The notes: generated from the letters alone by a model not told the origin. A stretch of 63,562 nt of DNA from Octopus bimaculoides (GCF_001194135.2 NC_068995.1:33068014-33131575), one strand, 5' to 3'. Positions 1 through 15,117 are shown, counted from the stretch's first letter. Program-made: numbers and translations.

Positions 1-425
1 TATGAACGGGTCTTTTACAAAATATTTACCATACTTTTAAAGTTATTTCCACTTTAAAATACTTTTTTAATAATGTCTGTTTAAAGAAAGCTAAAATATA
101 AGTACTTACTGTTCAAACAACTTACATTTTTGAAATCACATTCACTTAAAAATATTTCTAAATGATTAAAATATTGTTTAACAAGAGCGAAAATAGAAAC
201 ATTTACTGTAAAAAAAAAATCCTATTTTTTCGTTGTCAAATCACTGTCTAATCAAAAGGTTAGAGTTTTTTCCCTTTCAGGATGTAGTTATATTCAGAAC
301 ATTTTCCCCATTATGCACCATTTTGGGTATTTATACCCCCAAACCCTGAATATCTCAGTAACTATTGCTCCGATTCACGCGAAACTTGTTTCATTCTGTT
401 AGAATTAACATTTCAGGGTAAACTT

Positions 426-467
<42 letters not shown>

Positions 468-1112
468 CTTGAGAACAGGGGTGTGCAGGAAGTGCAAGCT
501 TACCTCCTAAAATTTTGGTGGGGAAATGAAAATGCTTTGAACATCCTGGGTTGGCACTCCCTAAGCAAATTTCATTCTCACACACACACACACACACATA
601 TATGTGTATGAGAGAGAGAGAGAGAGAGAGCACCAATAGGTTTTGCATTATTTCTTGTCAAATATACTTCTTGAAATGTCTATAGCATTTGTAATTCAAA
701 GACCAAGTACAAACTTAAAACTACATCATGTTGTCTCTCTCTACTTCATTTCTATTACCTCAATCACTACCACTTCCCATTCTAATGTATTATGTTTACC
801 ATTTATGGCATTTCTGATCAAGCAGAGCTAAGATTACCGGGGTTTAAGTACTGACAATCTTGTCTTTCCTACCTCTTTATCTTGTCTTTTTTCCTTTGTG
901 TCCTTTTTTTTTTCTAAAAATAGTAGATGAAGATTTGGTTGCTATTTCCAGCAGGTTAAGTAATCACATCAACACCCTGCTGATGATGCTTTTATACCAG
1001 ATACCATAAATGAAATTGAGATAATATTATTAATTAGCCAAAATTGAAAATCAATGCTTTAATTGCAGAAAGTTGAGAGAAGGTTTATTTGTTAATATTA
1101 AAGTGGTTAATT

Positions 1113-1330
1113 AAGGCAGTGAGCTGGCAAAAACATTAACACACCAGGCAAAATGCTTAATAGCATTTCATCCATCTTTATGTTCTGAGTTTAAATTCCA
1201 TAGTGGTTGACTTTGCCTATCATCCTTTCAAGGTCAATAAAATAAGTACCAGTTCAGTAATGAGATTGATATCAGTGACTTAATCCCTCCCCTAAAATTG
1301 CTGGCCTTGAGCCAAAATTTGAAACCAATA
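1113..1330 (+). mobile_element. tRNA-like SINE family C, old CpG-depleted copy
   Basis: aggcagtgagctggcaaaaacattaac...ttctgagtttaaattcc (degenerate B-box)...gactttgcctatcatcctttc...aaaataagtaccag. Same family as the copy at 58625-58838. Confidence 0.7.
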
Positions 1331-2454
1331 TTATACTGATTAATAACGAAGATAGCTGACAGCCTCATTGCTTACCATTCTCACCTTTACTTTTTATCCC
1401 TCTGAGGCCAATAAATACTAGTAAGGCTTAAAAATCGATTGAAATCAATTCTTATCACCCCACTAATAATGGGTCTATCAAAAATTGTTCCTAACAACCA
1501 AATCTGAAAAGACTTCCTTAAGTATCTTTTAAAAGTAGCTCAACTACAAAAATTGTATTAGATGGTTTGGAATTATAATTAATCTTAAATTAGTACGACT
1601 GCAACAGAATATGCTAAATACTTTAGAATAAGTTTTCTCTCTCTAGCCGTATGCCAATTCAGTTTTAACCACTTTTGGATTTTTTTATTTTTCATCTCAC
1701 AATCAAACCCTTACACACACCATAAGCCTAAGCCGGGGAATGAGAGATCCAGCAAACGAGACAGCAGCAGCTACTAAGAAGTAGGAAAGAGAGATATGAA
1801 ATTTAATATTGTTTTACAGGGTTTTTTCCTTCAATATTATTAACTTTGATCTTGCCATCAATGCCAATCTCAGATTTGTTATCATCAGTTTGGATTACAT
1901 TGTTGTCTTCTTGATTTTGTCATCATCAACTTTACTTCTGTCATCGTCAGTTTAAATGTTATCACTTTATAGTGAATTTTTTTATTTTATGAACAGATAT
2001 AGGATGTCATGAATTTTTTTTTACATGAACTGATATTAACATCAGTGATTACTTGTTGCAGTATCGAAGTAACTGTAGAATCTTCATGAAAGTATTAAAA
2101 ATGGTGTGTGTGTGTGTGTGTGTGTGTGTAGTAAGAGAGAGTGTGAGAGGAAGTAGAAGACAAAGTGAATGAATATAAGTATAAATCTATGGATGAGAAC
2201 TGAGATAGTCTTTTCAATGTTTTCTTTTTAAAAACAATTCTATTGATGTGCACAGAATAAAATCAATCAATCAAAAATTTTGGGTCATTGTGTGTATTTA
2301 GAATGTTTGTTGATAATGAATGAAACTTTTAGATGCTTTCAAACTGGGTAAGTGGGAAATGAATATTTGTTGATGTAAACTCTAGTAATTGTAGAAAAAA
2401 GACAGATAATGAGAAAGAGTGAGATGATATATAATTTCTAGTTCCTCAGCTACT

Positions 2455-2870
2455 CATCATCATCATTTAACATCTGTCTTCAATACTGGCATGGGTTGGA
2501 TGGTTTGACAGGAGCTGGCCAGCTGAAAAGCTTCCTAGGCTCCATGTCTGTTTTGGCATGATTTCTACAGCTGGATGTCTTTCCTAACACCAACCACTTT
2601 ACAGTGTACCGAGTCCTTTTACGCAGCACTGGCATGGGTGCATTTAGGTGACATCGGTGTGGGTGCTTTTTACGTGGCACCAGCACACACGAGCTTGCAA
2701 GGTTAGAAAAGCTCAGCTGGGGAGGGATTCAGGAGAACAGCCTGTTATGCAAGAACACCCACACTTTTACGTCACTTGACGTGTCTTTTCAAACACAGCA
2801 AATCATCAGAAGTCTTGGTCCCCTGTTATCCCTTCTGTGAGTCCCAACATCTGTAGATCCCTTCTAGGAA
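2455..2870 (-). mobile_element. RTE-LINE 3' tail fragment
   Basis: (cat)n-catttaac...ctggcatgggttggatgg...ttctacagctggatg..ttcctaacaccaacc. The same tail is contiguous with RT-coding sequence at 52883-54351. Confidence 0.7.
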
Positions 2871-3389
2871 TTTTGAAAAATGTATCTATATAACTAGTTT
2901 TTAAACACTGCATGGCTATGAGGGTCCACCAGATAGAATAGTAACCAAAGGGTAAAAAATAGGTAAAAAATGGTCGAGAACCCGATTTATATCAAAACCT
3001 AAAAAAAAACAAAAACCCAACTTACATTTATTCCAGTATGTTCTTGAACAGGCTGTGAAAAAGAAAAAGAACAAACATAACCTAAGATTAGAAAAAGTTG
3101 TCATAATTTATTTTTCATGAGAAGTTAATGACCCATATATTTTCAAATTAGAGTTTTAATAACTTTGAATGATCGTTAATAAAGTTTCATGCTCTATGAC
3201 AGAATTACAAATAGCAAGGACCACAAAATGTATTCCATTACAATATAAATTAAATTTCATTAGAGTAGCTTTCTATTCTTCCTTTTCATTAATTGTTTTT
3301 AACTCATTCTAATTAAGGTCTATCTTGTTTCAGGCTTTTATTAGTATATTCTATATCTTGGTCTCAAGAGAATACAAATGTTTTATGAC

Positions 3390-3595
3390 TTAACCCTTCA
3401 ACCTAAATATCTAACCTGCTTTTTGTTCAAACTAGCCAGATCTGGCCTCTCACACCTACTGTACGATATCATTCTAAAAATAAACAATTACATCATTGAA
3501 ATCTTAAAGCTATGAGATAATGCATGATTAATTCAAAACCATATGAATAAATAAACATTACATTTGACAGAGTAATCTGAATAGTAAAAGGTTAA
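3390..3595. mobile_element. piggyBac-type MITE family 1, copy 1
   Basis: ttaaccctt...gtaaaaggttaa ends. Internal tacctactgtacgatatcattctaaaaataaacaat core shared with seven other copies. Confidence 0.7.
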
Positions 3596-4410
3596 AATTA
3601 GCTCTTAAAATATTAGGAAAATATTTTTTTAATTCCAACCTATGTCTAGTGTAGAACACTAAAAATAATTATATGTGTAAAAGAAATTGAATTTTAAGAA
3701 AATAATTACATCACTGAATTTAATGGTAATACCAAACATTTATATAACAAATACCATATCATAAAACTAATGAGCAAATTAGTCTAAATAATTGCTTTCT
3801 GTTTATAATTACTTTCACAGTCCACTATTCGAAAACTTTTGCAATTATTTTACAAAAATAGGTAATATTGATTTCAAATTTTGGCACAAGGCCAGCAAGT
3901 TTGGAGGATGGTGTAAGGTGATTACATCTACTCAAGTGTTTAACTCAGTACATATTTTATCAACCCTGAAAAAATGAAAGGTAAAGTTGACCATGGCAGA
4001 ATTTGACAGATGAAATGTCGCTAAGTGTTTTGCATCAGCTTAGAAATAGGTAATATTAATTTGATGTCAAATATTAATATACCCCAGAGTTAAATCCATG
4101 TGAAAAGATATCAAGTCCATTTCTCTCGAATTTCTGGTATGATATAAACTTAATAAGGAATTCATTCAAGAAATATCACATTCAAAACTACAAAATCAAA
4201 TAAATATTCCCTCCAAAATGTCTCTTTCCTGACAGTATTTTTGTTGTTCAACAATCATTAAGAATTTCTTTTATGATCCAATTTTCTACTTCATCCAATA
4301 ATTTCTAACATCATTTATGTAAAATATTAATAAAAAAAAAATAATCAACCTGGAACATGAATGCTTTTCTACCATTCATGGCCACTAAAATAGTGCTTAA
4401 AATTAAAATA

Positions 4411-4504
4411 CAGTAATCCCTTGCCATACTGTGGTTTATTATTTGACCTTACGATTCCTCCGTGGTGTTGTTTTGCATTTGTAATAAAATAAATATATAC
4501 AAAT

Positions 4505-4577
<73 letters not shown>

Positions 4578-4750
4578 NNNNNNNNNNNNNNNNNNNNNNN
4601 NNNNNNNNNNNNNNNNNNNNNNNNNNNNNNNNNNNNNNNNNNNNNNNNNNNNNNNNNNNNNNNNNNNNNNNNNNNNNNNNNNNNNNNNNCCTATCATGGG
4701 GAGGAGGGGGGGTTTGGAACGTAACACCCACGATAGTCGAGGGATTACTA
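4411..4750. mobile_element. Tigger/pogo-like MITE containing (CA)n and an N gap
   Basis: ta|cagtaatcccttgccatactgtgg on the left and ccacgatagtcgagggattacta|ta on the right form imperfect TIRs with TA flanks. Confidence 0.6.
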
Positions 4751-6789
4751 TAATCAACATCTTTTCATACGGGTCATGTCAACAAAGTAAATACAAGAAT
4801 ATTTTTTAATATTTCAATAAAGAAAAATAAAATCAGAACATGTACACACATTTGCATAACCTACAAAATTTACAACTTGGTTTATTTGTATCTGCTATTG
4901 AGCGTTTTTTTTTCTTTCTAATTTATAAATATCTATCATAATCAGGAAATAGATACACAGTCAGTCCATGGTGAATGAGAAAGAACATTTGTAAGTTATG
5001 CTCAACAAATTTCAGGCAGAGTATGAATCTACACACATATGCTGCTTTTGTGGAATATAAAATAGACCTTGATATGCTGTTTGCTTATAATGGAAGATAT
5101 ATGACCATGTTATGAGGTCCCTTAGGCAAGTGTCTTCTGCTATGGTTTCCAGTTGACTTATACTTTATGAGTGGATTTTGGTTGATAGAAACTGTGCAGA
5201 AACCCTGTGTGTGCATGCATGCGTGTGCTTTTACACCAGTCTAAAAACTAGTTTTATCTACGTTATGTTGTCATTTTATGTCCTGGAGCTTAGTTGTTCA
5301 ACAAACAGAGATAGATAAAGCAAATACCAGACTGAAATAAGTACCGGGGTTAATATAATAAGCTAAAACCTTTGAAGTTAGACCTCCAGCATGGCCATAA
5401 TCCAGTGACTGATACTAATGAGAAATTATTTGGTATTTTGATATGCGCTAACTCACATCACCACAAGCAAGTCCCTCTATCTCTAATTTACTCAAAAAGG
5501 ATATGCTAAAATTATCAGATCATGGTGAATGTTTGACTACTAAATCAGATTATGTTTTACAATGATAACAAATCTTTTAAATAGTATAGTGAAAATATTG
5601 CCATTTAATAAGAATAGCAGTATTCTTAGTAATATACAAATGAAGTGTCGGTACCAGAATCAAAAGACATGAATAGTAACAGTATCAGAAGATAAGTAAC
5701 CCCCAGAGAAGTCACTTATAACAAGCTTACTAAAATAGCTGCCTTATTCAATATTTTGCCAACATTTTCTCTTGAAGAGGGAATAGATGTTCAAGAGGTG
5801 AAAAATGTATGCAGAAAGAGCTGCCAACAAACTGAAATTCACAGAATTTTTCTCTATTCCTTTATCTAAACCAGTAAATGTTACAGTTTCTAAACTACAC
5901 CAAAACAAATATGCAACAGAAAATATCTACTTTTATTAATACTACAGATTTTGTTTTGATTAAGCCAGTGGCAAAGAGAACCTATTTAACAAGCATGTTA
6001 ATGAAAGTAATATAGAAAGAAGTACACCAAGTTGAAATATTAATCCAGCGCATAGCCTAATTAATAAGACAGAAATAATTTGCATTAAAAACTGATGTTT
6101 ATTTTTTGCCTCAAAGAGATGTGATAAGGCACTCTGCTATAGTTTTGGATTAGAAGATATTTATGGTAGGATCTATTATTGCAAGAGGTAAAAATAAAAT
6201 CGACTGAAAGCAAAGAATCTATAAACTAATTCAGATGTATGAAAAGAAAGCTAATGATAAACATTTAATTACAAACAACACCATTACCATCATCATTACA
6301 ACTAATGTTGCTTACTTTGTTTGCACATTGCCATCACATTAACTCTGTAGAAGTGTGGTTAATTGTCAAGGTAATAGTTTTTAGTTGAACTGAATGTCTA
6401 CATTTTGATAAACAAATATAATAAAGGTAAAGTGTTTCAATGAAAGAGAATAAACTTGAGTGATACAACATGAATGAAAAGAATTGGCAAAAAAACAGTA
6501 CATAGAAAAAGTGTAGATCTAGACTAAAGAAAGGTAAGACGCCAATAAGGTTGCTTTGGTTAACTTCAAAGTTTAAATTAACAATGGTTCAGCAGTTCAA
6601 GAAAAGCAATTATATCACTCTATTCAATCCATTTGAATACAGAAAAGCATACACATGAAGATGCAAAATAACAGGGGATGGTGATGAGTTCAGGAAAACT
6701 AAAAAAAGACTAGTTTACAACTCTAAATTAGCTAACAATCCAATTTACTAATAAAAGAGAGGAAATAGCTTCTTAAGAGGAGGGAGAGA

Positions 6790-6791
6790 GA

Positions 6792-6865
<74 letters not shown>
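6790..6865. repeat. (GA)n microsatellite
   Basis: Direct reading. Confidence 0.95.
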
Positions 6866-8619
6866 ATGCAGGAAAGAAAAAAAGCTATCAAATACTAGAA
6901 AAATAAAGATTATAGTATTTTGCTAAGATATGTGGAGAAATATTAATTTTTCTATCTGTTATTCATTGCACAATTTTATATGTATAAGGAATGCACTGAC
7001 ATAGCTAACATCACTTGGTATTAATAGCCAATTTTTTCCTCAGCATAGAGCACAGCAGCAAATTCCTCTTATTGATTTCTTGTGAACAAATGAACCACGA
7101 ACAACATAAGCCTGCCATTAACTCACAGATAATGTCGATGAAACAAAAACTGAAATGTTTCTCATACAATTGTCTGACACTCACTTCCTACTCACTAATA
7201 CTTCTAAAAGCACAAGCTTAGCATGCTCGCACAATATTCTTGTCTTATGGTGATGATATAGTGAATCTTTACAGCTACACATTAACATTTAGAAATATTT
7301 TTGTTGCAAACCTACATCGCACCTAAACACACACGTACATAAAGACAAAGAGGTGAAACTACTAACAGTTATTAAACTGAAAGACATAGCAAGGAAAAAG
7401 AATAAGAACAAAAGAAAGAAATAATACAGCAGACTTGTCCAATTCATGCCACAATAGGCGTGAGAGAGAGAGACTGCATGAAGGCAAAAACTGACACTGA
7501 TATAGTGAAAATATCACTTGACCAGCGAGTAGGAGAACTATAACCTTAATCTTCTTTAATGATTCAAGACAACAGTTATTCATTCCTCTGCATAGAATTA
7601 AATGTGAATGTATATTGCTGTAGAGTCACAACAGCTGATTTCAAATTGTTGTAGTTAATTGATATATTGCAATCTGAAATAAGACACTATTTCTTAAGTC
7701 AGGACTATCATCATTTGTTTTGCTTTCATTAATCAAGACTGGCATGAGTTGGAGAGTCTCGGTCTTGCACTGTTCATCAAGAAGCCATATGTAATTATTC
7801 AAACTTTTACCCTATGCTAATTCTAAAACACATTCGCATTGTAATTATAAAACACAATAGGCACAGGTGAGGTTGTGTAATAAGAAGTTTGCTTCCCAAC
7901 CACATGGTCTTGGGTTCAGTCCCACAGCATGGAACCTTGGGCAAATGTGTTCAACTATAGCTCTGGGCTGACCAAAGCATTGTGAGTGGATTTGATTGAG
8001 AGAAACTGAAAGAAGCCAATCTTATATATAATGTATGTATGTGGTGAAGGTGCATGGTTTAGTGGTTAGGGCATTTGGCTCATGATTGTAAGGCCATGGG
8101 TTTGATTACAGGTAGTGTGTTGTGTCCTTGAGTAAGACACCAGTTTTTTGGGGGGTTTTTTTTGCATGTGTGTGTGCTTGTCTGTCACCTTACCTTGACT
8201 TTAAGAGATAGTTGTAAAAAAATGTCACCATCATGCAAGAGGTGTCCTTCATCTGCAATCCTCCATGAATATCTTACTTAGAAACAGATGACGGTTGGCA
8301 ACAAGGGCATCCAGCAGTAGAAAATCTGCCTCAACAAATTCTGTCTGACCCATGCAATCATGGGAAAGTAGACATTAGACAATGATGATTACAAAGAGGA
8401 TTCTTTACAGTATATCAGCTTATTTGTGAGGTTTAGTATAATGTGATCTAACTTCACCATCACTTCTCAAAGGTACCCCTACACTTACAATACATAATGC
8501 TTTTCCATCCAGCATTCATTATCCATTTACATCACAAGTACAGCAAATATCTCTTTTGTTGTTGTTGTCTAGCCCCAAGTCAATTCAAACATATGATCCA
8601 GAATCATTTCAGTCATGTC

Positions 8620-9020
8620 CCCATCTCTGTTATTCTGTTACTTGTTTCAGTCATTAGACTGTGGCCATGTTGGAGCACCGCCTTAAAAGGTTTTCATCAA
8701 AGAAATCGAAACCCCCCCACCCCCATAGGACTTAGTCTTTGTAAGCCTAGTACTAACTCTATCAGTCTCTTTTGCCAAATCACTAAGTTATGAGGGCATA
8801 AACACATCAACATCAAGCAATGGTGGAGGGACAAACACAGACACAAAGACACTCACATAAAGTACACACACATGATGGGCTTCTTTCAGTTTTCGTCTAC
8901 CAAATCCACCCACAAGGCTTTGGTCAGACCAAGGTTATAGCAGAAAACACTTGCCCAAGGTGCTATGCAGTGGGACTGAACCCAGAACCATGTGATTGGG
9001 AAGCAAGCTTCTTATCACAC
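8620..9020 (-). mobile_element. tRNA-like SINE family A, near full length
   Basis: Reverse complement starts with the tRNA-like head (ggctgtgtgataagaagcttgcttcccaatcacatggttctgggttcagtcccact...cttgggcaagtgt). The same head is on the + strand at 7860-8020. Confidence 0.75.
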
Positions 9021-9489
9021 AGCCGCTTTTTTTTTTTTTTTTCAAGTATAAAATTGCATTATCTAATATTTCCTTTCATTCAAGATAATACATGATTAAT
9101 TCAAAAGATTGTGAATAAATAAGCATTACTTTTGACAGAATAATATGAATGGTACAGGATTAAATGAAAAGATTTTTCTTTTTAAATATATATATAGAAG
9201 CTGCAAATATAATTCACAGGAATATCTGTTTACAGAGTTAACTGCAATCTTTTTGCAATGGAATAACAGTATCTGTTCATTTTAGTCCAAATGGTGCCAA
9301 CAAAAATTTGGTTTCTTCAAAGAGACTGTAATTCGCAATGTCTCTTTACTCCCCCCACCACCACAACATTTTAAATTCTGTTGTGAAATTTCTAGAATAA
9401 CAAGACACACAAAATTTTAGTCGAGAAAAAAGGAAGAAAAAAAAAAAGCAATAATGCTATATGGGAAAAAGAATAAATTTTACAAAAAT

Positions 9490-9716
9490 TAAGTTTTTAG
9501 CATTTAAACAGACCATATTCACCTGAAATATTCTACCTGTTTTATGTTTTAACTGGCCAAATCTTGCCTCTCACACCTACCCTACAATATCATTCTAAAA
9601 ATAAACAATCACATCACTGAAATCCCAAAGCTACAAGATGATGCATGGTTAATTCAAAACAATGTGAATAAATAAGCATTACATTTGACAAAATAATCTG
9701 GATACTAAAGGGTTAA
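9490..9716. mobile_element. piggyBac-type MITE family 1, copy 2
   Basis: ttaagtttttagcatt...tactaaagggttaa, with the shared core. Confidence 0.75.
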
Positions 9717-10244
9717 ACCCATCTCTTTAATGACAAAATACATCAGTCATTTTGTATGACATTTCAAATTAAATTAGTTTCTTTACCATCATTTTATGTC
9801 TGCTTTCCATGCTGACGTGGGTTGTACAGTGAGTTATGGCCTAGGTTAGTTCTTGTTCAGAGCTATTATCCTGCTATATGGGCTGGATGTCCATGTCTGG
9901 CAATTTCTATGGTTAGATGCTCTTCCTAACACCAACCACTTAAAGTATGTAGTGGTAGTAGTAGTAGTAGTAGTAGTAGTAGTAATAATAACATGACACC
10001 AGTCCTAGAAAGGTTGTCATGCCCTTGGCAAGACTAAAAAGTACTCTTTCTCCTATTGCTGTCCTTGATTGTCTGTCAATCATTTTATACACTGTACAGG
10101 TTGTTGGTAACTTTACTGGACAGCTACATAGACAACAATCTAGCAAGTGAGCCTGTTGATCTTGTTAAAAAGAGCAGCTAAATTTCACTAAATTTGTCTC
10201 TTAAAAAAAATAGATAGAACACATCATATAGTGTTGTCGTACAC

Positions 10245-10285
<41 letters not shown>

Positions 10286-11089
10286 GTTACAGTTTGAATG
10301 TCTTTGATCATGGTTTGCTCAATCAGATATCACCTGCAGCTAAACAACCGCAACAACAACAACAACAACAAATATAACACTGCTACTCAGTTTTATTGAA
10401 ATCAGTTGTCATATTTTATATTTTTGTTCGTTTTGAAGGTGCTTCTTTTTGTACATTGGGGGAAAAAACAAACAAACCCATAAATGTTCAATAAAAGTGT
10501 TGCACTGTCAATTCTGTTAGTTCATTTCACACGGCAAGGTTGCTCTCTCTTTTTTTAAATTTTTTTATTACAACTATTCACTTGAAAGGAAGATAAATGT
10601 GGAAACTGTGTACCGAACAAATATGTAGCCACCTGCATATTAAATGCCAACTACATTTAGAAAGAGAATAGCACTAACATTTCCACTAAAAGTTACTAAA
10701 TGCATTTCTAACTACATTCAGTATATTAACAAATTCTTGTTCACTAAAACAAGGTAATTCCAGATTTTGGTGAAGGAAGAGATTATGTTTCATAGCAGAC
10801 CCAAAGGTGAAAGGAGAAATATTTAAAAGTAAATAATAATTCTACAGAATGAAAATTTAGTTAGGATTCATGATCCATTGAGGATGATGATGATGATGAG
10901 GAGGAGGAGGAGGAGGAGGATGGTTGTAGTGAGCATAATAACAGCTGCTGAAATAATAGAGAGAACAGCAACTTTGGTAAGAACATTAAAACTATGTCTA
11001 AAGAGTAGGCTTTATAAAAGCAATCAGGAAAACTAATATATTTTAATTGCGAAGTTTATAAATGCCAACATGGAAGAACACAGATGTTA

Positions 11090-11140
<51 letters not shown>

Positions 11141-11767
11141 NNNNNNNNNNNNNNNNNNNNNNNNNNNNNNNNNNNNNNNNNNNNNNNNNNNNNNNNNNNN
11201 NNNNNNNNNNNNNNNNNNNNNNNNNNNNNNNNNNNNNNNNNNNNNNNNNNNNNNNNNNNNNNNNNNNNNNNNNNNNNNNNNNNNNNNNNNNNNNNNNNNN
11301 NNNNNNNNNNNNNNNNNNNNNNNNNNNNNNNNNNNNNNNNNNNNNNNNNNNNNNNNNNNNNNNNNNNNNNNNNNNNNNNNNNNNNNNNNNNNNNNNNNNN
11401 NNNNNNNNNNNNNNNNNNNNNNNNNNNNNNNNNNNNNNNNNNNNNNNNNNNNNNNNNNNNNNNNNNNNNNNNNNNNNNAAAAAAAAAAAAAAAAAATCAC
11501 CAGTCCACAGCTCTGACAATTCACATTTGAAGTAACAGTACTAGCATTACCAGCAGTACTAACATATTAACAGCACAACAAATTCAGACATGAAAATATG
11601 CAACATGTTATTGAAGAAGAAATAAAAAAATGTAAAGCAGAAACGCATTTCTTAGTTATGTATCAGTATATACAATATTAGATGTGTATGTGAACTTATT
11701 TAGTGTTGCAGTGAAGGTTGCATTAAAACTAAAGTTTTTTTCTCAACAAGGCTAATTACATGCACAT

Positions 11768-11805
<38 letters not shown>

Positions 11806-11819
11806 GACTACATCAGTTG

Positions 11820-12195
11820 CTGTATCTTTAATCTTTTGTTTCAGTTATTAGACTGTGGCCCTGTTGGGGCACCACCTTGAATAACTTTTAGCTGAATAAA
11901 TTGACCCCAGTACTCCCCCCCCCACCCTTAAGCTTAGTCTCTTGATCCCTTTTGCTATACTGCTCATAAACACACCAATGCCAGTTGTCAAGTGGTAGTG
12001 GGGAACAAACACAAGCACAAAGACAAACACATACATATGTATGACAGGCTTCTTTCAGTTTCTGTCTACCAAACCCACTCACAAGGCTTTGGTTGGCCCA
12101 AGACTCTAGTAGAAAACACAAAGTGCTATACAACGGGACTGAACCTGGAACTATGTAGTTAGGAAGCAAGCTTTTTACCATACAACCATGCCTGG
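11820..12195 (-). mobile_element. SINE family A copy
   Basis: Similar to 8620-9020 (cttctttcagtttctgtctaccaaacccactcacaaggctttgg...gggactgaacctggaac). Confidence 0.7.
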
Positions 12196-13893
12196 GTGAA
12201 AATCTACAATTGATATCGAGCACTTCTTTTTTTAATCAGTGTATCATCATGTGCCGCCATACAGTAGAAGACTAAAAATTCTGAGGGTGGAGTGTTAAGT
12301 CAAATTGACCCAAGTACATGACTGGTGCTTATTCATTTTTGGAAGGATAAAAGGCAAAGTTGACCATGACCAAATTTGAAAAACCCAACATATAAAGTTG
12401 TAACCACTTGAAAACGTTTTGTCTAATCTAATGATCCTGACACTTCGCTGTCCTACATGCTACGTATTATAATTATCGACAGCAATGAAGATCCATATGC
12501 AACTATGCATACAAGGAGAACAATCAAAACATCAAATCTTCTATATACAAAGGAATATAACCATCAAAATACAATACTTTATATATCATACATGAATGTC
12601 TAGATGGAAACATATCAGTTTTATCTCCAAGCATTGTCATTCTTGACTTTTGTAGTTAAGTAACAGAAAGAATATCACTTTTGGAAATTTATATGTGAAT
12701 ATACAAGAAATGCAAGCTAAAATGATGTCAATTTCTTCCAATATTAATTCAGAAAACTTATGTCAGATGATGCTGTAACATGAATGAAACAACCAAAATA
12801 TATATAAATACGATCCTTTTTGTGGAGAATTAATGAAATATACATAAATAAGAAACAACACATCCTCTCTGGTAATAGTTTTATCATTCTTTCAGTTAGT
12901 AACTGATAAAAAAAGTTGGCCAGNNNNNNNNNNNNNNGGGGGGGGGGGGGAGAGACAACCCATTTTTACTTGACACACCTTTTTACATTACTACAACTAA
13001 ACTAATGAAATTTAATCTAAGCTGTAACTCTAGAAGCAAGAGAGGCACTTGACAGAAGATAAAATGCCAGTTCATTTTGAGATTTACAAGTCACACATAA
13101 ATGTGTAAGGATATGCGTGTTATATAGATATTTATTCATATCCCTAGGTGATAAGCATAAATTAATGCCAGATGACATAAAATTAGTACATAATTATAAG
13201 CAAAGAATTCTATGACAGTTACTCGAACCAAGTTCTATTTCCCAGTTTTGAAATAATTTTATCATAATCTTATTTAAAGTGATAAAAGCTATATTATTCA
13301 TAAGTTTTATTTCAATTAAATATTTTGCCATTTCTTGTCCTGCTTTTATTATGATAGTTCTAAGATTAATTAATGTACACAGTAATTAAACAGAAATTAG
13401 AAAGCTGATGAAATCGTATGATGAAAAGATTTCTTAATTATGCATGGAAGCATTTAGTTATAGGGAAGAGAAATAAAGAATTATATTCTTGCTTCCCAAA
13501 GGAACTGGCAATGAATAATGAATTCCTTATTATTGCCACAAGAGGGATGGAAAAGAGTTGATCTCCTTATGACTGAATTTTAAGTAACCTTCGAGCTACA
13601 GAAGTAAAAATGAATCTGAATTGATGGTTTTCAAATTCCACCTGCAAGGAAAATAATTTTATTCTAAAACACCACCATTAGTTTTTATAGTTAATAATGT
13701 ACATTAAAACTTCAAGCAAGACCCAGGGATGAAATCTAAATAAAATTTCAGAGATGTGTTAATTTAAGAGAGAATAACTGGAGTTCTGAGAACGAAATAC
13801 TTTTGTTAACTGATAAATAACCTGTAATTTCCCCTTGGGATTCCAAGGTAGAACTGGTCATACATACCAGCTAATCACTTTAAAAGATGTCAT

Positions 13894-14111
13894 TTAACTC
13901 TTTTGCATTCAGATTACTCTATCAAATGTAATGCTTATTTATTCACATTGCTTTGAATTTATCATACATTATTTTGTAGCTTTGAGATTTCAATGATGTG
14001 ATTGCTTATTTTTAGAATGATATTGCAGGAGAGGCTAGATCTGGTCAATTTGAACATAAAATGGGTAGAATATTGGGCTGGGTACGCCCAGTTTCAATGT
14101 TAAAGAGTTAA
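13894..14111. mobile_element. piggyBac-type MITE family 1, copy 3 (opposite orientation to copies 1 and 2)
   Basis: ttaactcttttgcattcagattactct...atgttaaagagttaa. Confidence 0.75.
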
Positions 14112-14791
14112 GAGAGGCATGTAAGTTAGAAATAATTATCTTTTCAACAACCAACAAATTTCCTTATGTATTCATGTAACAGCAAGAAAAAATGTCCAAT
14201 GATGATATTTTTATATTTAGTATTCCTTTATCAAGCTCCTGGAATGATTGTAATAGAATCCTAAATTAACACTAAAGTGACACAAATTGCATTGCACAAT
14301 TTCATATAAACAAAAATGTTGTTGGGAAAGATATGAGGATTGGATGTGTTTATAACAAAAGAAATTTGATAAAGCTTTGTGTATTTATAGGGGTTGATAG
14401 TCAAAGAGAAGGTGGGAAATATTTTTTATAGTAACCAATCATTGGCTAAATGAAGAAAATTGGTTTCTATATGAAAAAAAAAAAAAATACTCAGTTAAAA
14501 GACACTAGTACATCTCATAACTGACAAAATTTATGAGTGAAAAGCACAATAGGCAATCCTGAAGTGATTAGTTATTGAACACTAAAATTAGTAGTCGTTT
14601 TCAAATAAAAATTATCTATGTACTTTGTGTCACACTTTAAACTATGGAATACAACTGAAGACATAAAATTTACATTATTTGTAACACACACACACAACTG
14701 ACTAATAAACTAAGGATCAAAACTGAAAAATTATTAGATACATTTCTATTTTTCATAAGACTTATAGATATTTTAAGTACGGTACACATAT

Positions 14792-14825
<34 letters not shown>

Positions 14826-14829
<4 letters not shown>

Positions 14830-15117
14830 GCACATGGCTTAGCGATTATAGTGCACTTATGATCATTAGATTGTGATTTCAATTCCTAGACTGGGTTGTT
14901 TGTTGTGTTCTTGAGCAAAACACTTCATCTTACGTTGTTTTGTGATCACTTTGACACCTGACGTGTGGTACACAGTGCTCCTGTTCAGACAACGTTTGAT
15001 TTGATGGAGAGAGTGAGCTGACGTGCAGCAAGAACATATGATCACTATAAACAAATTATTTGTGCAGGTCGATTGGCAAAAGCTGAATGCCCATATGTCA
15101 GCTTTGACAAGAGAGTT

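Noticed and set aside
504-560. 57-nt minus-strand pseudo-exon (tttgcttag|...GAG|gtaagc) with a phase-0 stop
   Set aside because: It could be a poison exon, but such splice-like pairs are common by chance in 60 kb. There is no homology or other support.
1715-1773. Minus-strand exon-like segment (AAAVSFAGSLIPRLRLMVC) with a NAGNAG acceptor
   Set aside because: No recognisable homology, and the phase is incompatible with a direct join to exon 2.
1820-1960. D/K/N-rich coding-like minus-strand tract with C/D-box-like words
   Set aside because: It has stops and frameshifts and is low complexity. The TGATGA-CTGA spacing is too short, and I recognise no rRNA or snRNA antisense element.
7240-7330. 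Possible intronic snoRNA (vertebrate KHDC4 hosts sno/scaRNAs)
   Set aside because: A C-box word is present but there is no D box or terminal stem, and it is antisense to the host gene. An Infernal/Rfam scan is needed for any snoRNA claim.
13567-13641. Strong minus-strand acceptor (ttattttccttgcag|) followed by VEFENHQFRFIFTSVARRLLKIQS*
   Set aside because: No good donor or homology. It cannot be distinguished from a cryptic site.
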